Positions 1 to 9,694 of a DNA stretch of 64,000 nucleotides are shown here, piece after piece. Every line of letters starts with the position of its first letter. Within the stretch, counting starts at the first letter, position 1. The DNA comes from Candidatus Saccharimonadia bacterium (GTDB lineage Bacteria; Patescibacteriota; Saccharimonadia; UBA4664): contig JBBSBR010000001.1 in assembly GCA_038251135.1 (NCBI GenBank), forward strand, positions 512-64,511, in the 5' to 3' direction. The notes beneath the pieces are model-generated. The model searched no databases. It saw only the letters and a program-made list of their open reading frames with translations, and was not told where the DNA came from. A program made the translations under genes and the position numbers.

Positions 1-1064
1 ACTGTCACTTTCCATACGTCCGGTAGCTTGGTCACGTCGATCACCGTCTCATCCGCCTCGGCTTCCAGACGGGCACGCTCTTCGCGGGTATGACGGACCT
101 GGGCAACCACGGCATCCAGGAGCTGATCCAGGCCCTGATGGGCTTGGGCGGAGATCACAAAGACCGGACCGCCGGTGTGCGTCAGCAAGGCGGTATGGGC
201 GTTCTGCAGCGTCGGCTCATCGACCGTATCGGCCTTGGTGATGAGAATTAGTTGCGGACGCTTGCTCAGGTCGACGGCGTAATTCTTGAGCTCGCCCTGA
301 ATAATTTCATAGTCACGAACCGGGTCGCTTGAGCCGGCCTCGATCATGTGCAGGAGCACGGCCGTGCGCTCCACGTGCCGCAGGAACGCGTCTCCAAGGC
401 CTTTGCCCTGGCTGGCGCCCTCGATGAGACCCGGGATATCGGCGACCATAAAGGTGTATTTGCGGTGATCGACGACGCCGAGGTTCGGCACGAGCGTGGT
501 GAAGGCGTAGTCGGCGATCTCCGGCTTGGCGTTAGAGATTACCGAGAGCAACGTAGACTTGCCGGCATTCGGCAACCCGACCAACCCCACATCAGCCACG
601 AGCTTAAGCTCGAGACGCAGCATTCGGGTATCGCCGAACTCCCCCAGCTCGGCATTTTTGGGAGCCTGCCGAACCGACGACTGAAAATGGGCGTTACCAA
701 ATCCCCCGCGGCCACCTTTGGCCAATATCGCCTCTTGGCCGTCTTTGGTAAGGTCGGCGACCAAGTCATCGCCCTCCCAGATTTGAGTACCTTCCGGCAC
801 CTTGACATAAATGGCCTCGCCATTCTTGCCGTGTTTGCGGTTGCCACCGCCCACCGACCCATCCTCGGCCACGATCTTGCGGGTTGTGCGGTACGAAGAC
901 AGGGTGTGAGAATTATGGTCGACAATAAATATTACGTCGCCGCCGCGGCCGCCGTCGCCGCCATCCGGACCGCCCATGGCACGATACTTCTCATGACGAA
1001 AAGATGAGCGGCCATCGCCGCCCTTACCAGCCCGTATTTCGATCGTTGCTGTATCTGTGAACAT
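1..1064 (-). CDS. obg: GTPase Obg/CgtA. The start codon is at 1062-1064 and the gene runs off the window at position 1, so the C-terminus is missing.
   Basis: Minus-strand translation of 1-1064 gives MFTDTATIEIRAGKGGDGRSSFRHEKY...GLVGLPNAGKSTLL...DIPGLIEGA. This shows the Obg fold glycine-rich N-domain and the G1/G3 GTPase motifs. The ORF track missed it because it runs off the edge. Confidence 0.9.
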   Translation of the reverse strand, partial: MFTDTATIEIRAGKGGDGRSSFRHEKYRAMGGPDGGDGGRGGDVIFIVDHNSHTLSSYRTTRKIVAEDGSVGGGNRKHGKNGEAIYVKVPEGTQIWEGDDLVADLTKDGQEAILAKGGRGGFGNAHFQSSVRQAPKNAELGEFGDTRMLRLELKLVADVGLVGLPNAGKSTLLSVISNAKPEIADYAFTTLVPNLGVVDHRKYTFMVADIPGLIEGASQGKGLGDAFLRHVERTAVLLHMIEAGSSDPVRDYEIIQGELKNYAVDLSKRPQLILITKADTVDEPTLQNAHTALLTHTGGPVFVISAQAHQGLDQLLDAVVAQVRHTREERARLEAEADETVIDVTKLPDVWKVT

Positions 1065-1575
1065 ATTTATGACACTATATCATAATATTGACAATAATTT
1101 CCACCTTAATTACTATATTCATTATCGTCGGTACCCCCAGTACCGGCCAGCACATCCGAGGGGGTAAAATGATGCGCTTTCGCCGCAAGGTAAGCGAGGA
1201 ACTTAATCCTCTCGACCGACTTATACGAATCTTGGGCCTATGCCTGACTGCCGAGATCCTGCTCGCCGACACAGACACATTGAGGATGTGGCGGTTAGGC
1301 AACCTTGAGCCAACCACGGCGCAACTGCAACGTATCATCTGGTTCCTCGACGTTTGCCGTTGGTTTAAAGCCAACTGTTCCAAGACCGTATCGGTCAAAT
1401 CATGGATATTGGCTAACGTTGCCGACTTTAGCGTCCCGAATGACCAACTTGAGACAAATTTTGAGCGTGTGTCAGAGCGGGCGCTGCGCGAGTACTAGCC
1501 CCATACCAAAAGACCCGGGATACGTTATGTATTCCGGGTCTTTATCTGATCGGATCTTAGCTGACGAACTAAGGA

Positions 1576-2796
1576 CTAGTAGATGTAGCGGAAGCTATTG
1601 GCCGATACGGTACGGTAGGAGACACGACCCCATCCGCCGTTGTAGTTCATCTCGGAGACGGTCACCATACCGCCCGAGACCGACTCTACGTAGGCAACGT
1701 GGCCAAAGTAACCGGCACCGGTCCAAGCGATGGCTCCGCGGGCCGGCGTCGAGCCAACCGAGAAACCGGATCGCTGAGCGTTGTAGTACCAAGCGTTGGC
1801 GTTGCCCCAGAAGGACGGGATGCTGCGGCGCGAGGCGACATAGTAGGTGCAGTAGCCGAACGAGTAACCGTTGGCGCCGCCTGAGTAGTAGGTCAGATGC
1901 GGTGCGATCGAGGCTCCGGCGACACGACCTTGAGTTTGAGCAACCTGCACCGGCGCGGCGGGCTTGGGCGCATCGGCCTTAACGCCGTCGGGAATCAGGA
2001 TGGTCGAACCGACTACCAGGCCTTTCACTTCGGCGTTGTTGAACGACACAATCTGAGCGGCGTTGGCGCTGAATTTGGCGGCCAACGACTCGGGGGTATC
2101 GCCCGCAGCCACGGTGTACTGCAATCCGGTGACGGGCAGGATGGTCAAAACCGTGCCGGGAGCGATCGAGTCGGCATTTGAGATGTCATTGGCCCACTTA
2201 ATCGTCGAGCTCGTAATATTGAACTTACTCGCCACGCCCGAGAGCGTATCGCCAGGCTGCACGGTGTAGCTTGAGATATCGCGGGTGGCGTTGCCGGCAG
2301 TCGTCACGACCTGCCGCTTTGACAGCGTCAGATCATCGCTCGTCAGCAAGGCGACCTGCTGGTTCTTGACCGAGGCGGTCTTGGCGGCTTCCGTCGTGAT
2401 CATGAACTGGCTCTTTTTGGCCAGATCGGCGGCGATGTTGGCCGTTGCGGTCTCGTCGAGTACGGTGCCGGTTCCTGCCTGAGCCGACATCAACCGCACG
2501 CTCAGCGAGTGGGCCTGTGTCGGATTATTGGCCAGCACAATGAGACTCGCCGTAGCGATGAGCCCCAGATGAGCCAGATAACGAGGGTGGTAATGGGAAC
2601 TTGCAGTTTTGGCGACCCCGCGTGAGGTCTTGGCGATTGTCCGGCCAATATTTGCTTGGCTGGCGGACTTATTTCTGCGAATCGCTGGACTTTTTATGTT
2701 CGAAAATGTCTCTGAGGGAGTTCCGATTCCCATTGTCGGGAACTGTTCAAGGGAACTGCCGAGGGCACTTCTACTAATAACCTGTCTCCACCTCAA
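1576..2796 (-). CDS. Secreted peptidoglycan hydrolase with two LysM repeats and a C-terminal CHAP (NlpC/P60-like) domain. The true start is probably the internal Met at about 2733.
   Basis: LysM motifs YTVQPGDTLSGVASKF and YTVAAGDTPESLAAKF. CHAP-like C-terminus GYCTYYVASRR...GHVAYVESV. N-terminal signal-anchor helix. Confidence 0.8.
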   Translation of the reverse strand: MRWRQVISRSALGSSLEQFPTMGIGTPSETFSNIKSPAIRRNKSASQANIGRTIAKTSRGVAKTASSHYHPRYLAHLGLIATASLIVLANNPTQAHSLSVRLMSAQAGTGTVLDETATANIAADLAKKSQFMITTEAAKTASVKNQQVALLTSDDLTLSKRQVVTTAGNATRDISSYTVQPGDTLSGVASKFNITSSTIKWANDISNADSIAPGTVLTILPVTGLQYTVAAGDTPESLAAKFSANAAQIVSFNNAEVKGLVVGSTILIPDGVKADAPKPAAPVQVAQTQGRVAGASIAPHLTYYSGGANGYSFGYCTYYVASRRSIPSFWGNANAWYYNAQRSGFSVGSTPARGAIAWTGAGYFGHVAYVESVSGGMVTVSEMNYNGGWGRVSYRTVSANSFRYIY

Positions 2797-3131
2797 CCCA
2801 TACGCCGAAGCGTCGGATTGAGCACTACCTTTACTTGCGTCTTACCCTCAGTCGTTGGACTGAGGCAGAAGAATTTCGACCGTTAGATTAATACTTCGTA
2901 TCGACGGTTCAAGGTAGTAAACTGATACGTTTACGATTATACCGCTAACGCTTATCAATTTACTTTGCTAGTCTATCAACCGCCACTGGGACTGTCAACA
3001 ATGTTAAATGGCTTTATAAAGGGATAAACTGATACCGGTTATCCTTATCAATTGATGCAGCCGGGCCGCTACCACATATGTCGGTAATGTCAAATGCCAG
3101 TAAAACCGACTGATTATGGCTTAAGACCGTA

Positions 3132-4127
3132 CTAATTGAGGTACTTCGAAATATTGGCTTGATGCTCGGCATACGTCTTGGCGAAGTAGGTCTTGCCGTC
3201 CTTGCCGGTCAAAAAATAGCTGTAGTCAGTAGCGGCCGGGTGAGCAACGGCATCCAGTGCCGACAGGCCGGGATTTGCGATCGGGCCGGGCGGCAAACCG
3301 ACTACTTTGCGCGTATTATAGGGCGAATCCAGATTGACGTTGAAGGGGACTCCCAGAAGTTGAGCCGCGTAAACGGCCGTGACGTCCGACCCCAAGGGCT
3401 GCTTCTCACGGTAGCGCTTCAGAAACACCTGAGCAACGATCGGTCGGTCGCTCGCAATATTTACCTCCCGCTCGACGATCGAGGCGATCGTAAGCCCCTG
3501 GTGAAGCGTCAGCCCTTCGGCGGCAAACGCCTGCACGTACTCGGGGCCGACCTTGCGGCTAAAGTTATCGAGCATGGCGTTTACCAGCTCGGAGCCGGTA
3601 GTTGAAGAGTTAACGGTATAGGAATCCGGAAACAGGTAACCCTCAAGGCTGACGGTAGCGGGTTTACCGGCCAAAAACGATTGATCGTGCGGCTCGTTCA
3701 GGGCGGCCTCAAACTCAGCCGCGGGTATACCGAGAAGAGCCGCCTCCTTTTCGATCTGCTTGATCGTGTAGCCCTCGGGAACGACCAGCCGGTCGGTAAG
3801 CGTCTTGCCCTGCGACAGTATATTGGCAACATCCGGGGCGCTCAATGTGGGGGTAAGTGAGTAAGTACCGGCCTTGAGGAGTCGTCGCTGACCATGAAAG
3901 TTAATATAAGTCATGAAGGCGTTTCGATCGCGGATCAATCCGGCAGCCTTCAGATTATCGGCGATCTCCGGCGCGGTTTGGCCGGACTTCACCTCAAAGA
4001 CGACCGCTTGGCCAGTTTTTGCAGGAGCAGTCAGATCGAAGCGATAGATACCGTATGTTACGGCAAATACCATAAGTGCTACGGCGGCTGCAATTGGGAT
4101 TGCACGTCGTCGGCTGGGTCGTTTCAT
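3132..4127 (-). CDS. mltG: Endolytic murein transglycosylase MltG (YceG-like).
   Basis: N-terminal TM helix then YceG domain. Conserved C-terminal LPPGPIANPG and YFLTGKDGKTYFAKTYAEH motifs. Confidence 0.85.
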   Translation of the reverse strand: MKRPSRRRAIPIAAAVALMVFAVTYGIYRFDLTAPAKTGQAVVFEVKSGQTAPEIADNLKAAGLIRDRNAFMTYINFHGQRRLLKAGTYSLTPTLSAPDVANILSQGKTLTDRLVVPEGYTIKQIEKEAALLGIPAAEFEAALNEPHDQSFLAGKPATVSLEGYLFPDSYTVNSSTTGSELVNAMLDNFSRKVGPEYVQAFAAEGLTLHQGLTIASIVEREVNIASDRPIVAQVFLKRYREKQPLGSDVTAVYAAQLLGVPFNVNLDSPYNTRKVVGLPPGPIANPGLSALDAVAHPAATDYSYFLTGKDGKTYFAKTYAEHQANISKYLN

Positions 4128-4510
4128 AGGTTTCCCAGATAATCTTGAAGAATGATAGTGGCGGCCTCGGCGTCGATATCGGACTTGTCGTACTTACGTC
4201 CCGACTCGCGTAAACGTTCTTCCGCGACGCTCGAAGTACCGGCCTCATCCTGATAGACGATCTCAGCATCAAGCTTTCCCAGAATCTCCTCGGTAAAGCG
4301 CCGGACTGCCAGCGTTTGGGGGGTTTCGCGTCCATCCAAGCTTCGGGGCAGGCCGACTACAATAGTATCGAACGGCCCTTCCTGCCTTATGGTAGCGACC
4401 AATTCATGGGGCGCGATGGTTTTGTGCGGGTTCGCCAAACGAACTTCGTCGTCGGCGACGGCCAAGCCCATACGGCGTTCACCATAATCGATTCCCAGAT
4501 ATCGCTTCAC
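4124..4510 (-). CDS. ruvX: Putative pre-16S rRNA nuclease / Holliday junction resolvase-like RuvX (YqgF).
   Basis: MKRYLGIDYGERRMGLAVAD N-terminus typical of YqgF RNase H-like fold. 4-nt overlap with mltG. Confidence 0.85.
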   Translation of the reverse strand: MKRYLGIDYGERRMGLAVADDEVRLANPHKTIAPHELVATIRQEGPFDTIVVGLPRSLDGRETPQTLAVRRFTEEILGKLDAEIVYQDEAGTSSVAEERLRESGRKYDKSDIDAEAATIILQDYLGNL

Positions 4511-4523
4511 GAATCCCCTGTTT

Positions 4524-6281
4524 TTATTTATTGTTGGCGATTTGAATATTTATCGTAATCTTAGAAGCGCTGCGTGGCAAATTTGACGCCCAAGACGGCC
4601 AGAGGCTGATCTCGGCATGGTCGACGCCGGCGTACTTGGAGACGATATCGACCGCATCGCCGTAGCGCTTGCCCTTGATGTCGTTGGCAATCTTGACCTT
4701 GTCGAACTTTGGCCCCCCATAGGCTACGGTCGTAAAGCGGAAGCCCTGAAGACCGGCGCCGTTTTTGGCTGCCAGCGTAACTTGACCGGTCGGGATACCG
4801 TTATCATATACCTCATTCTGGCCGCCCACTTGATTCTGCTCTTGGTTGAGAATCAGCGCCGTGTAGTCGGCGGTCGGTACGGCCAGTTCGCTATAGGTAA
4901 CTTTGAGGGCCAACGTACCGGTTGACGCTTCGGCGCCGACGGCCGGACTGGGTACGGCGCTGACAACTACAACGACAGACGAGCTTGGCAAAGCCATATA
5001 TCCGCTCGGAACCTTGGCGTCCAACTCTTTCTGACCACCGTCCTTGTCTTTGACCAACATATCGGCTTGAGCTTTGTCGACATCGGCCTGAGCGACAATT
5101 GTAATCGTCTTGGAAGTTCCGCCGGCCATCTGACCCCCTTGGCCGTAAGTATAATTCTGAAGTGCTGCCGAAAGTCCGGGAATAGTGTATTTAGCAGGCG
5201 CTTCGTTATAACTGTCTCCTGCTTGATCAGAGGTTACGGCTACGTCTTGTCTACCCGGGACCGGAATAGCGGCAAACGGGGGCGTTGATGATGCCTTATA
5301 GGTTAGTCCGGCAACGTGCACATCGGCATCTGATTTGAAAATTTTTCCGTCGGGAGCCTGGAATCGTGTCCCTGCGACAAAGTCATGAGGTGACGGATCG
5401 TTATTTACTACCGTCATTGTTCCTGTCGCTTGAGTGCCCACATCTTTCGTACCGGTCGGCGTGAACGGTCCACTTAAGTCCTTGGTCAGGGTAATACTCT
5501 GACCCGCAAGCGTGCTGCTGACGACGTCGGATTTCGTCGCATTGGTATCGACCCAAAACGAAGTGTCGATGTTCACGCTAGACCCGATGGCAAACAGCTT
5601 AACCGTCGCCTTGGTGAGAAAGGCCATCGCGACAAAATAGCCGATCACCAGAAAGGCAGCGGCGCCTACCCAAAGCATTCGTCGCTTCAGGACGCCAAAG
5701 TTCGGTACCTTAGGCAATTTTTTGGACGTCGTTTGAGGGTCTGTAGCCGCCCCGGAATCAGCCTTAGTTTTCGACCCGTCATCGGCAGGCAGCTCCTCGC
5801 CCAAGTCTTCAGCGGGCCATGGTACGATCTCGGGCGGCGCTGCCAGCTTGGTACTCGGCTTATCGTCGATCTTTTTACGCGCGATGGCCGGCGGTACGAC
5901 TACGGCCGAGGCCGCCAACGCTGCCGCCTTCTTGGCGTCGCTGGCCTCGTCCTCGTCATCCTCTTCGATGATATCCTCGTTCGAAATCGGTTTTGGAGCT
6001 TCCGTCGCACTCATGATCGCCTCGGCGCCAACCGAAGCCGCGACCGCCAGACCCACGCTGGCAGCTAGATTCTTGGCAATCCGGTCATTGGTAACGAGCA
6101 CCAGCTCTTTACCGCTGTCAGCCGCCGCCTTCTTGAGTAATTTCTGATTGATGATGCTCTGGAGCATCGTGGAGCGTTTGGGTACCACAATCTGAACGCT
6201 CTTACCGGGCGTCTTGGACAGCTTATCAATGGCTGAAGTAATATCTTCATCGACCTCTAGGTAGAGGACAGCATCATTCAT
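4524..6281 (-). CDS. Hypothetical bitopic membrane protein. Cytoplasmic N-domain, acidic linker, one TM helix, then a Thr/Gly-rich beta-rich extracellular domain.
   Basis: 585-aa ORF with one hydrophobic helix (LWVGAAAFLVIGYFVAMAFL). I recognise no named domain. Confidence 0.5.
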   Translation of the reverse strand: MNDAVLYLEVDEDITSAIDKLSKTPGKSVQIVVPKRSTMLQSIINQKLLKKAAADSGKELVLVTNDRIAKNLAASVGLAVAASVGAEAIMSATEAPKPISNEDIIEEDDEDEASDAKKAAALAASAVVVPPAIARKKIDDKPSTKLAAPPEIVPWPAEDLGEELPADDGSKTKADSGAATDPQTTSKKLPKVPNFGVLKRRMLWVGAAAFLVIGYFVAMAFLTKATVKLFAIGSSVNIDTSFWVDTNATKSDVVSSTLAGQSITLTKDLSGPFTPTGTKDVGTQATGTMTVVNNDPSPHDFVAGTRFQAPDGKIFKSDADVHVAGLTYKASSTPPFAAIPVPGRQDVAVTSDQAGDSYNEAPAKYTIPGLSAALQNYTYGQGGQMAGGTSKTITIVAQADVDKAQADMLVKDKDGGQKELDAKVPSGYMALPSSSVVVVVSAVPSPAVGAEASTGTLALKVTYSELAVPTADYTALILNQEQNQVGGQNEVYDNGIPTGQVTLAAKNGAGLQGFRFTTVAYGGPKFDKVKIANDIKGKRYGDAVDIVSKYAGVDHAEISLWPSWASNLPRSASKITINIQIANNK

Positions 6282-6401
6282 GATCCTACTTTACCACAAA
6301 GCTTATGTTTTCGGGTGGATATGCACACATAAACATTGATTTATGTTTAAATTTATGCTATAGTCATAGACTGTTCATCGTACCTACACAAAAGAAGGGT
6401 C

Positions 6402-7376
6402 GTGAAGTGCATGAGTGCACCACGCAAGATTCACACCATCGTGACCCACGTTCGTCCGCACCTGGACGAGATCACGGCAATCTGGCTGATCCAGCGTTTC
6501 GGCAGACAGTTCTTCGACATCCCCCGCGATGTGAAGTTCGAGTACTGGGACGCCCGGCAGCTATCCGCCCGACGGCCGCACGGCCGACGAGTGGGAGAAC
6601 GACGGCTACCTGCTCATCGGAGTCGGCCACGGCCGGTTCGATGAGCACCCGAGCGAGACGACCGACCGCATCGAAGGACACTCCTCGACCAGTCTGGTGG
6701 CGAAAGCCATTAGAGTGGAGAAGCGCACAGAACTGCACCGGATCGTAGAGTACGTGACCAAGAATGACCTTGAAGGCGGCACCAATAGCTGGGAGCTTCC
6801 GGCCATCATCGGAAACAGCATGCTCAGTACCCCGACGACACCGCGCGCGTCATGCGCTGGGTGCACCAAGGACTTAATGCGCAATACGCTCAGGCGGTCC
6901 AGTTCAAAACCGCACTCGGTATCGTGAATGCGGGTCGGATCGTAGTGTTTGGGGACGAGGCCAATGAGGCCAAGCTCCTGATCGTCACGTCCGACAACGA
7001 GCGCGTACTGGCGGCGGCCTGGTCGTCCCGGCACCGTCCCCAGGCCGTGATCGTCGCACACGCCAGTGGTCGCGTTCAGATCTTCGCCAATAAGCGCATG
7101 GGGCTTCGGCTCAATGCACTGGCGGCGGCCGTCCGTATCGCAGAGGCCGCCAAGCGCGGTATCACCCTCGATCTCTCCACCGAGATGCTCGAGCGCGAAG
7201 GTTCTGTGGTCGGCGCCGAGGTCTGGCACTACTTTCTCGCCGGCGAGATGCTGTTCAACGGCAGTCTCACCGCACCCCGTACCGAGGCGACGTTACTGAG
7301 TATTGAAGAGCTCATTGAGCTCTTCCAGCAGCACGTTCAGCCCCCTTCGCCCATCGAGGAGATCCCGGCGACGTAG
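6402..7376 (+). pseudogene. MYG1/UPF0160-family metal-dependent hydrolase split across three reading frames by two compensating frameshifts.
   Basis: N-terminus THVRPHLDEITAIWLI matches the MYG1 T-H-x3-H-x-DE-x2-A motif, and GVGHGRFDEHP matches the D-HHQ-like motif. Continuous coding sense switches frame 0 to +1 near 6560-6570 and back to 0 near 6790-6830. Confidence 0.5.
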
Positions 7377-7557
7377 TCGCCCAGATCGACACCCTCTAGC
7401 GTCTTTGATCTTCGGATCCAAGTGCCGGTACGTAACCCGGCGCACTCAACGACTGCGTAGTCGTTCTGATGAGTCCAAAAGGACGAAAATGTTTGCTCGC
7501 CTACGTATTTGAAGTATAGTTTCATTACTTCAATCCACTTCGAGATCGGAGAGCATC

Positions 7558-7914
7558 GTGGCCAACAGTCAAATTGCCGAGATGGTCGATCGGCTCAACC
7601 AACTGCTCGGACACGGGATGGTCGCATCGCTGGCAGGTGCTGAAACTGCGAGCATCGCCGAGCGCTGGGCCGAACCCACCGGCAAGAAACCCCCACCCGA
7701 TGCCGTAGGGCGCCTCAAGATTGCCGCCAACTTAGCGGAGTACCTCGTACCTCTCATCGGCCGGGTCGATACTCGGACTTGGTTTTCGGAGCCGAGGATT
7801 CAGCTCAAAGGCAGTGATTACCGTCTCACACCGACCATCGCTTTGCGCAACTCTACCCCCGGAGACGAAGTTACCGTCAGACTCTGGGCGGCCGCCTACG
7901 AAATCGCCAGATAG
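7558..7914 (+). CDS. Hypothetical protein with a GTG start and a GGAGAG ribosome-binding site.
   Basis: 118-aa ORF preceded by GGAGAG 5 nt upstream. No recognisable domain. Confidence 0.4.
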   Translation: MANSQIAEMVDRLNQLLGHGMVASLAGAETASIAERWAEPTGKKPPPDAVGRLKIAANLAEYLVPLIGRVDTRTWFSEPRIQLKGSDYRLTPTIALRNSTPGDEVTVRLWAAAYEIAR

Positions 7915-8044
7915 TACATTCGGTTGCCCAACTCAGTTCAACCCCCCAAGGATCTCATCCAAGGGGGGTTATTTTCTATTAATGCCCGAATAATCTGCTG
8001 CTATTCGATTTGTCGGCTGGTTACGCCAATGGCCACACGGCAGT

Positions 8045-9310
8045 CTAGGCCGAGATGGCGCGGGATAATTTCTTGATCAGAGTTTCGGTCGTGGTTTCGC
8101 TACCGACCATATCGAGGCCTAAGTTAGCCAAACCCATCGGCGTAATGTCGGCGTAGCTGGTGAGCTTACCGGTCTTATCTTTGACGCGGTTCACTTCGTC
8201 GGGGCTGATATGCGTGACGATCGGCTTGCGGGCAAAAGGCAGGGTTTTGTACCACTCAGAACCCTTCAGGGCGTCCATAATCTGCGGCAGCCCCGTACCG
8301 CCGCCGCACAGCATGATCTTGGCCGGTAGGTGATCCACGCGATCAAACTCTGCCAAACTTAGCTCCACACCCGACAGCCAGACCTTGATATCGCTGTTGA
8401 CCGCCTCTTCGACGAATTTGACCCCCTTGGGTCCGAGTTTACCATCGGAATAGGCGATCTTCATCTCCTCGGCCTTCTCGAAGCTAACGTTGGCAACTTG
8501 AGCAATGCGCTTAGTAAAGGCGCGGCCACCAATGGCAAACATCTTGGTTCCCTCGACCCCGCCGTTATTGACGAGGGCGATGTCGGTAGTGCCGCCGCCG
8601 ATATCGATGAAGATGGCGCTAAACTCGCCTGAGTCCTGGCCGCCAACGCTCTTGGCGACGGCAAAAGGCTCGGCGGCGATGCTCACGAGATTTAAGTCGA
8701 GATCCTGGGCGACCGTCTGCAGCGCCCCCAGATGGACCATCGGCGCAAAGGCATTAAACAGCTGTATACTCACGTCGCGCCCCTGAAAGCCGATCGGATT
8801 GGTCACCCGATAGCCGTCTATCTGTACGTCGACAATGGCCGTATTCACGAGCTTAACTTCGATCTCTTTGAATCCGGTCTCCCAGGTTAGCTGCTCGCGG
8901 GCGCGCTCAAAGGCGCGGTATTGCACCCGATCGAGGATTTTCTTGAGCTCAATCATATCGATAGGGTCGCTCGGTGTCCCGCGCTTGTAACGGATCACCG
9001 TCGACGCACCCTTCACGAGCTCGCCGGCGATACCGATGACGACATCTTTAGCCACCACCCCGGCCATCTTCTCGGCCATGCGCAGAGCGGCATCGCAATT
9101 TTCAACGACGCCGCGAATGTCGGTGACTGCCCCGGATTGCATATCCGACAGACGCTGCCGCTGACGGCCTACGCCGATAATTTCGATCTCGTTGCCCTGA
9201 ACTTCGCCGATCAGGGCTTTTACGAATTCGGTGCCAATATCCAGCGCCACCAGATAACGCTGCTGGGGTTCCTTGGACTTACGGGTAAATTTATCGAGCA
9301 ACTTGGCCAT
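8045..9310 (-). CDS. ftsA: Cell division protein FtsA.
   Basis: Actin-like ATPase. LVALDIGTEFVKALIGEV N-terminal phosphate-1 loop and IDIGGGTTDIALV phosphate-2 loop. Confidence 0.85.
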   Translation of the reverse strand: MAKLLDKFTRKSKEPQQRYLVALDIGTEFVKALIGEVQGNEIEIIGVGRQRQRLSDMQSGAVTDIRGVVENCDAALRMAEKMAGVVAKDVVIGIAGELVKGASTVIRYKRGTPSDPIDMIELKKILDRVQYRAFERAREQLTWETGFKEIEVKLVNTAIVDVQIDGYRVTNPIGFQGRDVSIQLFNAFAPMVHLGALQTVAQDLDLNLVSIAAEPFAVAKSVGGQDSGEFSAIFIDIGGGTTDIALVNNGGVEGTKMFAIGGRAFTKRIAQVANVSFEKAEEMKIAYSDGKLGPKGVKFVEEAVNSDIKVWLSGVELSLAEFDRVDHLPAKIMLCGGGTGLPQIMDALKGSEWYKTLPFARKPIVTHISPDEVNRVKDKTGKLTSYADITPMGLANLGLDMVGSETTTETLIKKLSRAISA

Positions 9311-9363
9311 GAGTATATCTTTATATATTGATTGTACTGCTTAAGCTAAGCGCTGCCAAACTA

Positions 9364-9675
9364 CTAAGGCGTTGTCGTCTTGGAAGTCGGCGTCGGGGTA
9401 GACTTCGAGGCGGAAGTAGGTACGGGTGTCGCGGATGGCGAAACATTATCCGTGGCGGCCGGTAGGGCGCTCTCGTTGGCGGCCGGAGTCGAAGGAGACT
9501 GAGCCTCTCGAAGCTGGTTTCGCAAGCTGCTCAGGTTGCCGGACTGGGAGTCAAGCTGCGCCTGCAGATCAGAGTTCTTCGAGTAGAGCATGTAGCCGCC
9601 AATGCCGGCGCCTACCACGAGAACGGCGATTACGAGCCACTGAAACATTACTACTTTGCTATTTGGGTCTTTCAT
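9364..9675 (-). CDS. Small bitopic membrane protein with a TM helix then a coiled-coil. Possibly FtsB/DivIC-like, with a Thr/Pro-rich tail.
   Basis: MFQWLVIAVLVVGAGIGGYMLY helix followed by a QLDSQSGNLSSLRNQLREAQ heptad segment. Sits immediately upstream of ftsA. Confidence 0.4.
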   Translation of the reverse strand: MKDPNSKVVMFQWLVIAVLVVGAGIGGYMLYSKNSDLQAQLDSQSGNLSSLRNQLREAQSPSTPAANESALPAATDNVSPSATPVPTSASKSTPTPTSKTTTP

Positions 9676-9694
9676 AAATTCACTCCTAATATTG

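Noticed and set aside
348-1007. Plus-strand 219-aa ORF and minus-strand 128-aa ORF in the ORF track.
   Set aside because: Both lie inside the obg coding region, antisense or out of frame. The obg minus-strand frame, with clear GTPase motifs, explains the sequence.
2797-3131. Possible ydaO/c-di-AMP riboswitch upstream of the LysM-CHAP hydrolase.
   Set aside because: The conserved ydaO sequence blocks (CGGGGGACCC / CCGCACCC-like) are not present on the leader strand. Only a generic hairpin was found.
6606-7229. 207-aa minus-strand ORF.
   Set aside because: Antisense to the MYG1-like coding region. No ribosome-binding site or domain. Typical high-GC antisense ORF.
7921-7975. CCCCCC...GGGGGG element after the 7558-7914 ORF, considered as another copy of the palindromic repeat family.
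   Set aside because: The sequence between the G/C runs differs from the 22435 and 26566 elements. It is better explained as a weak GC-stem, T-rich terminator between convergent genes.
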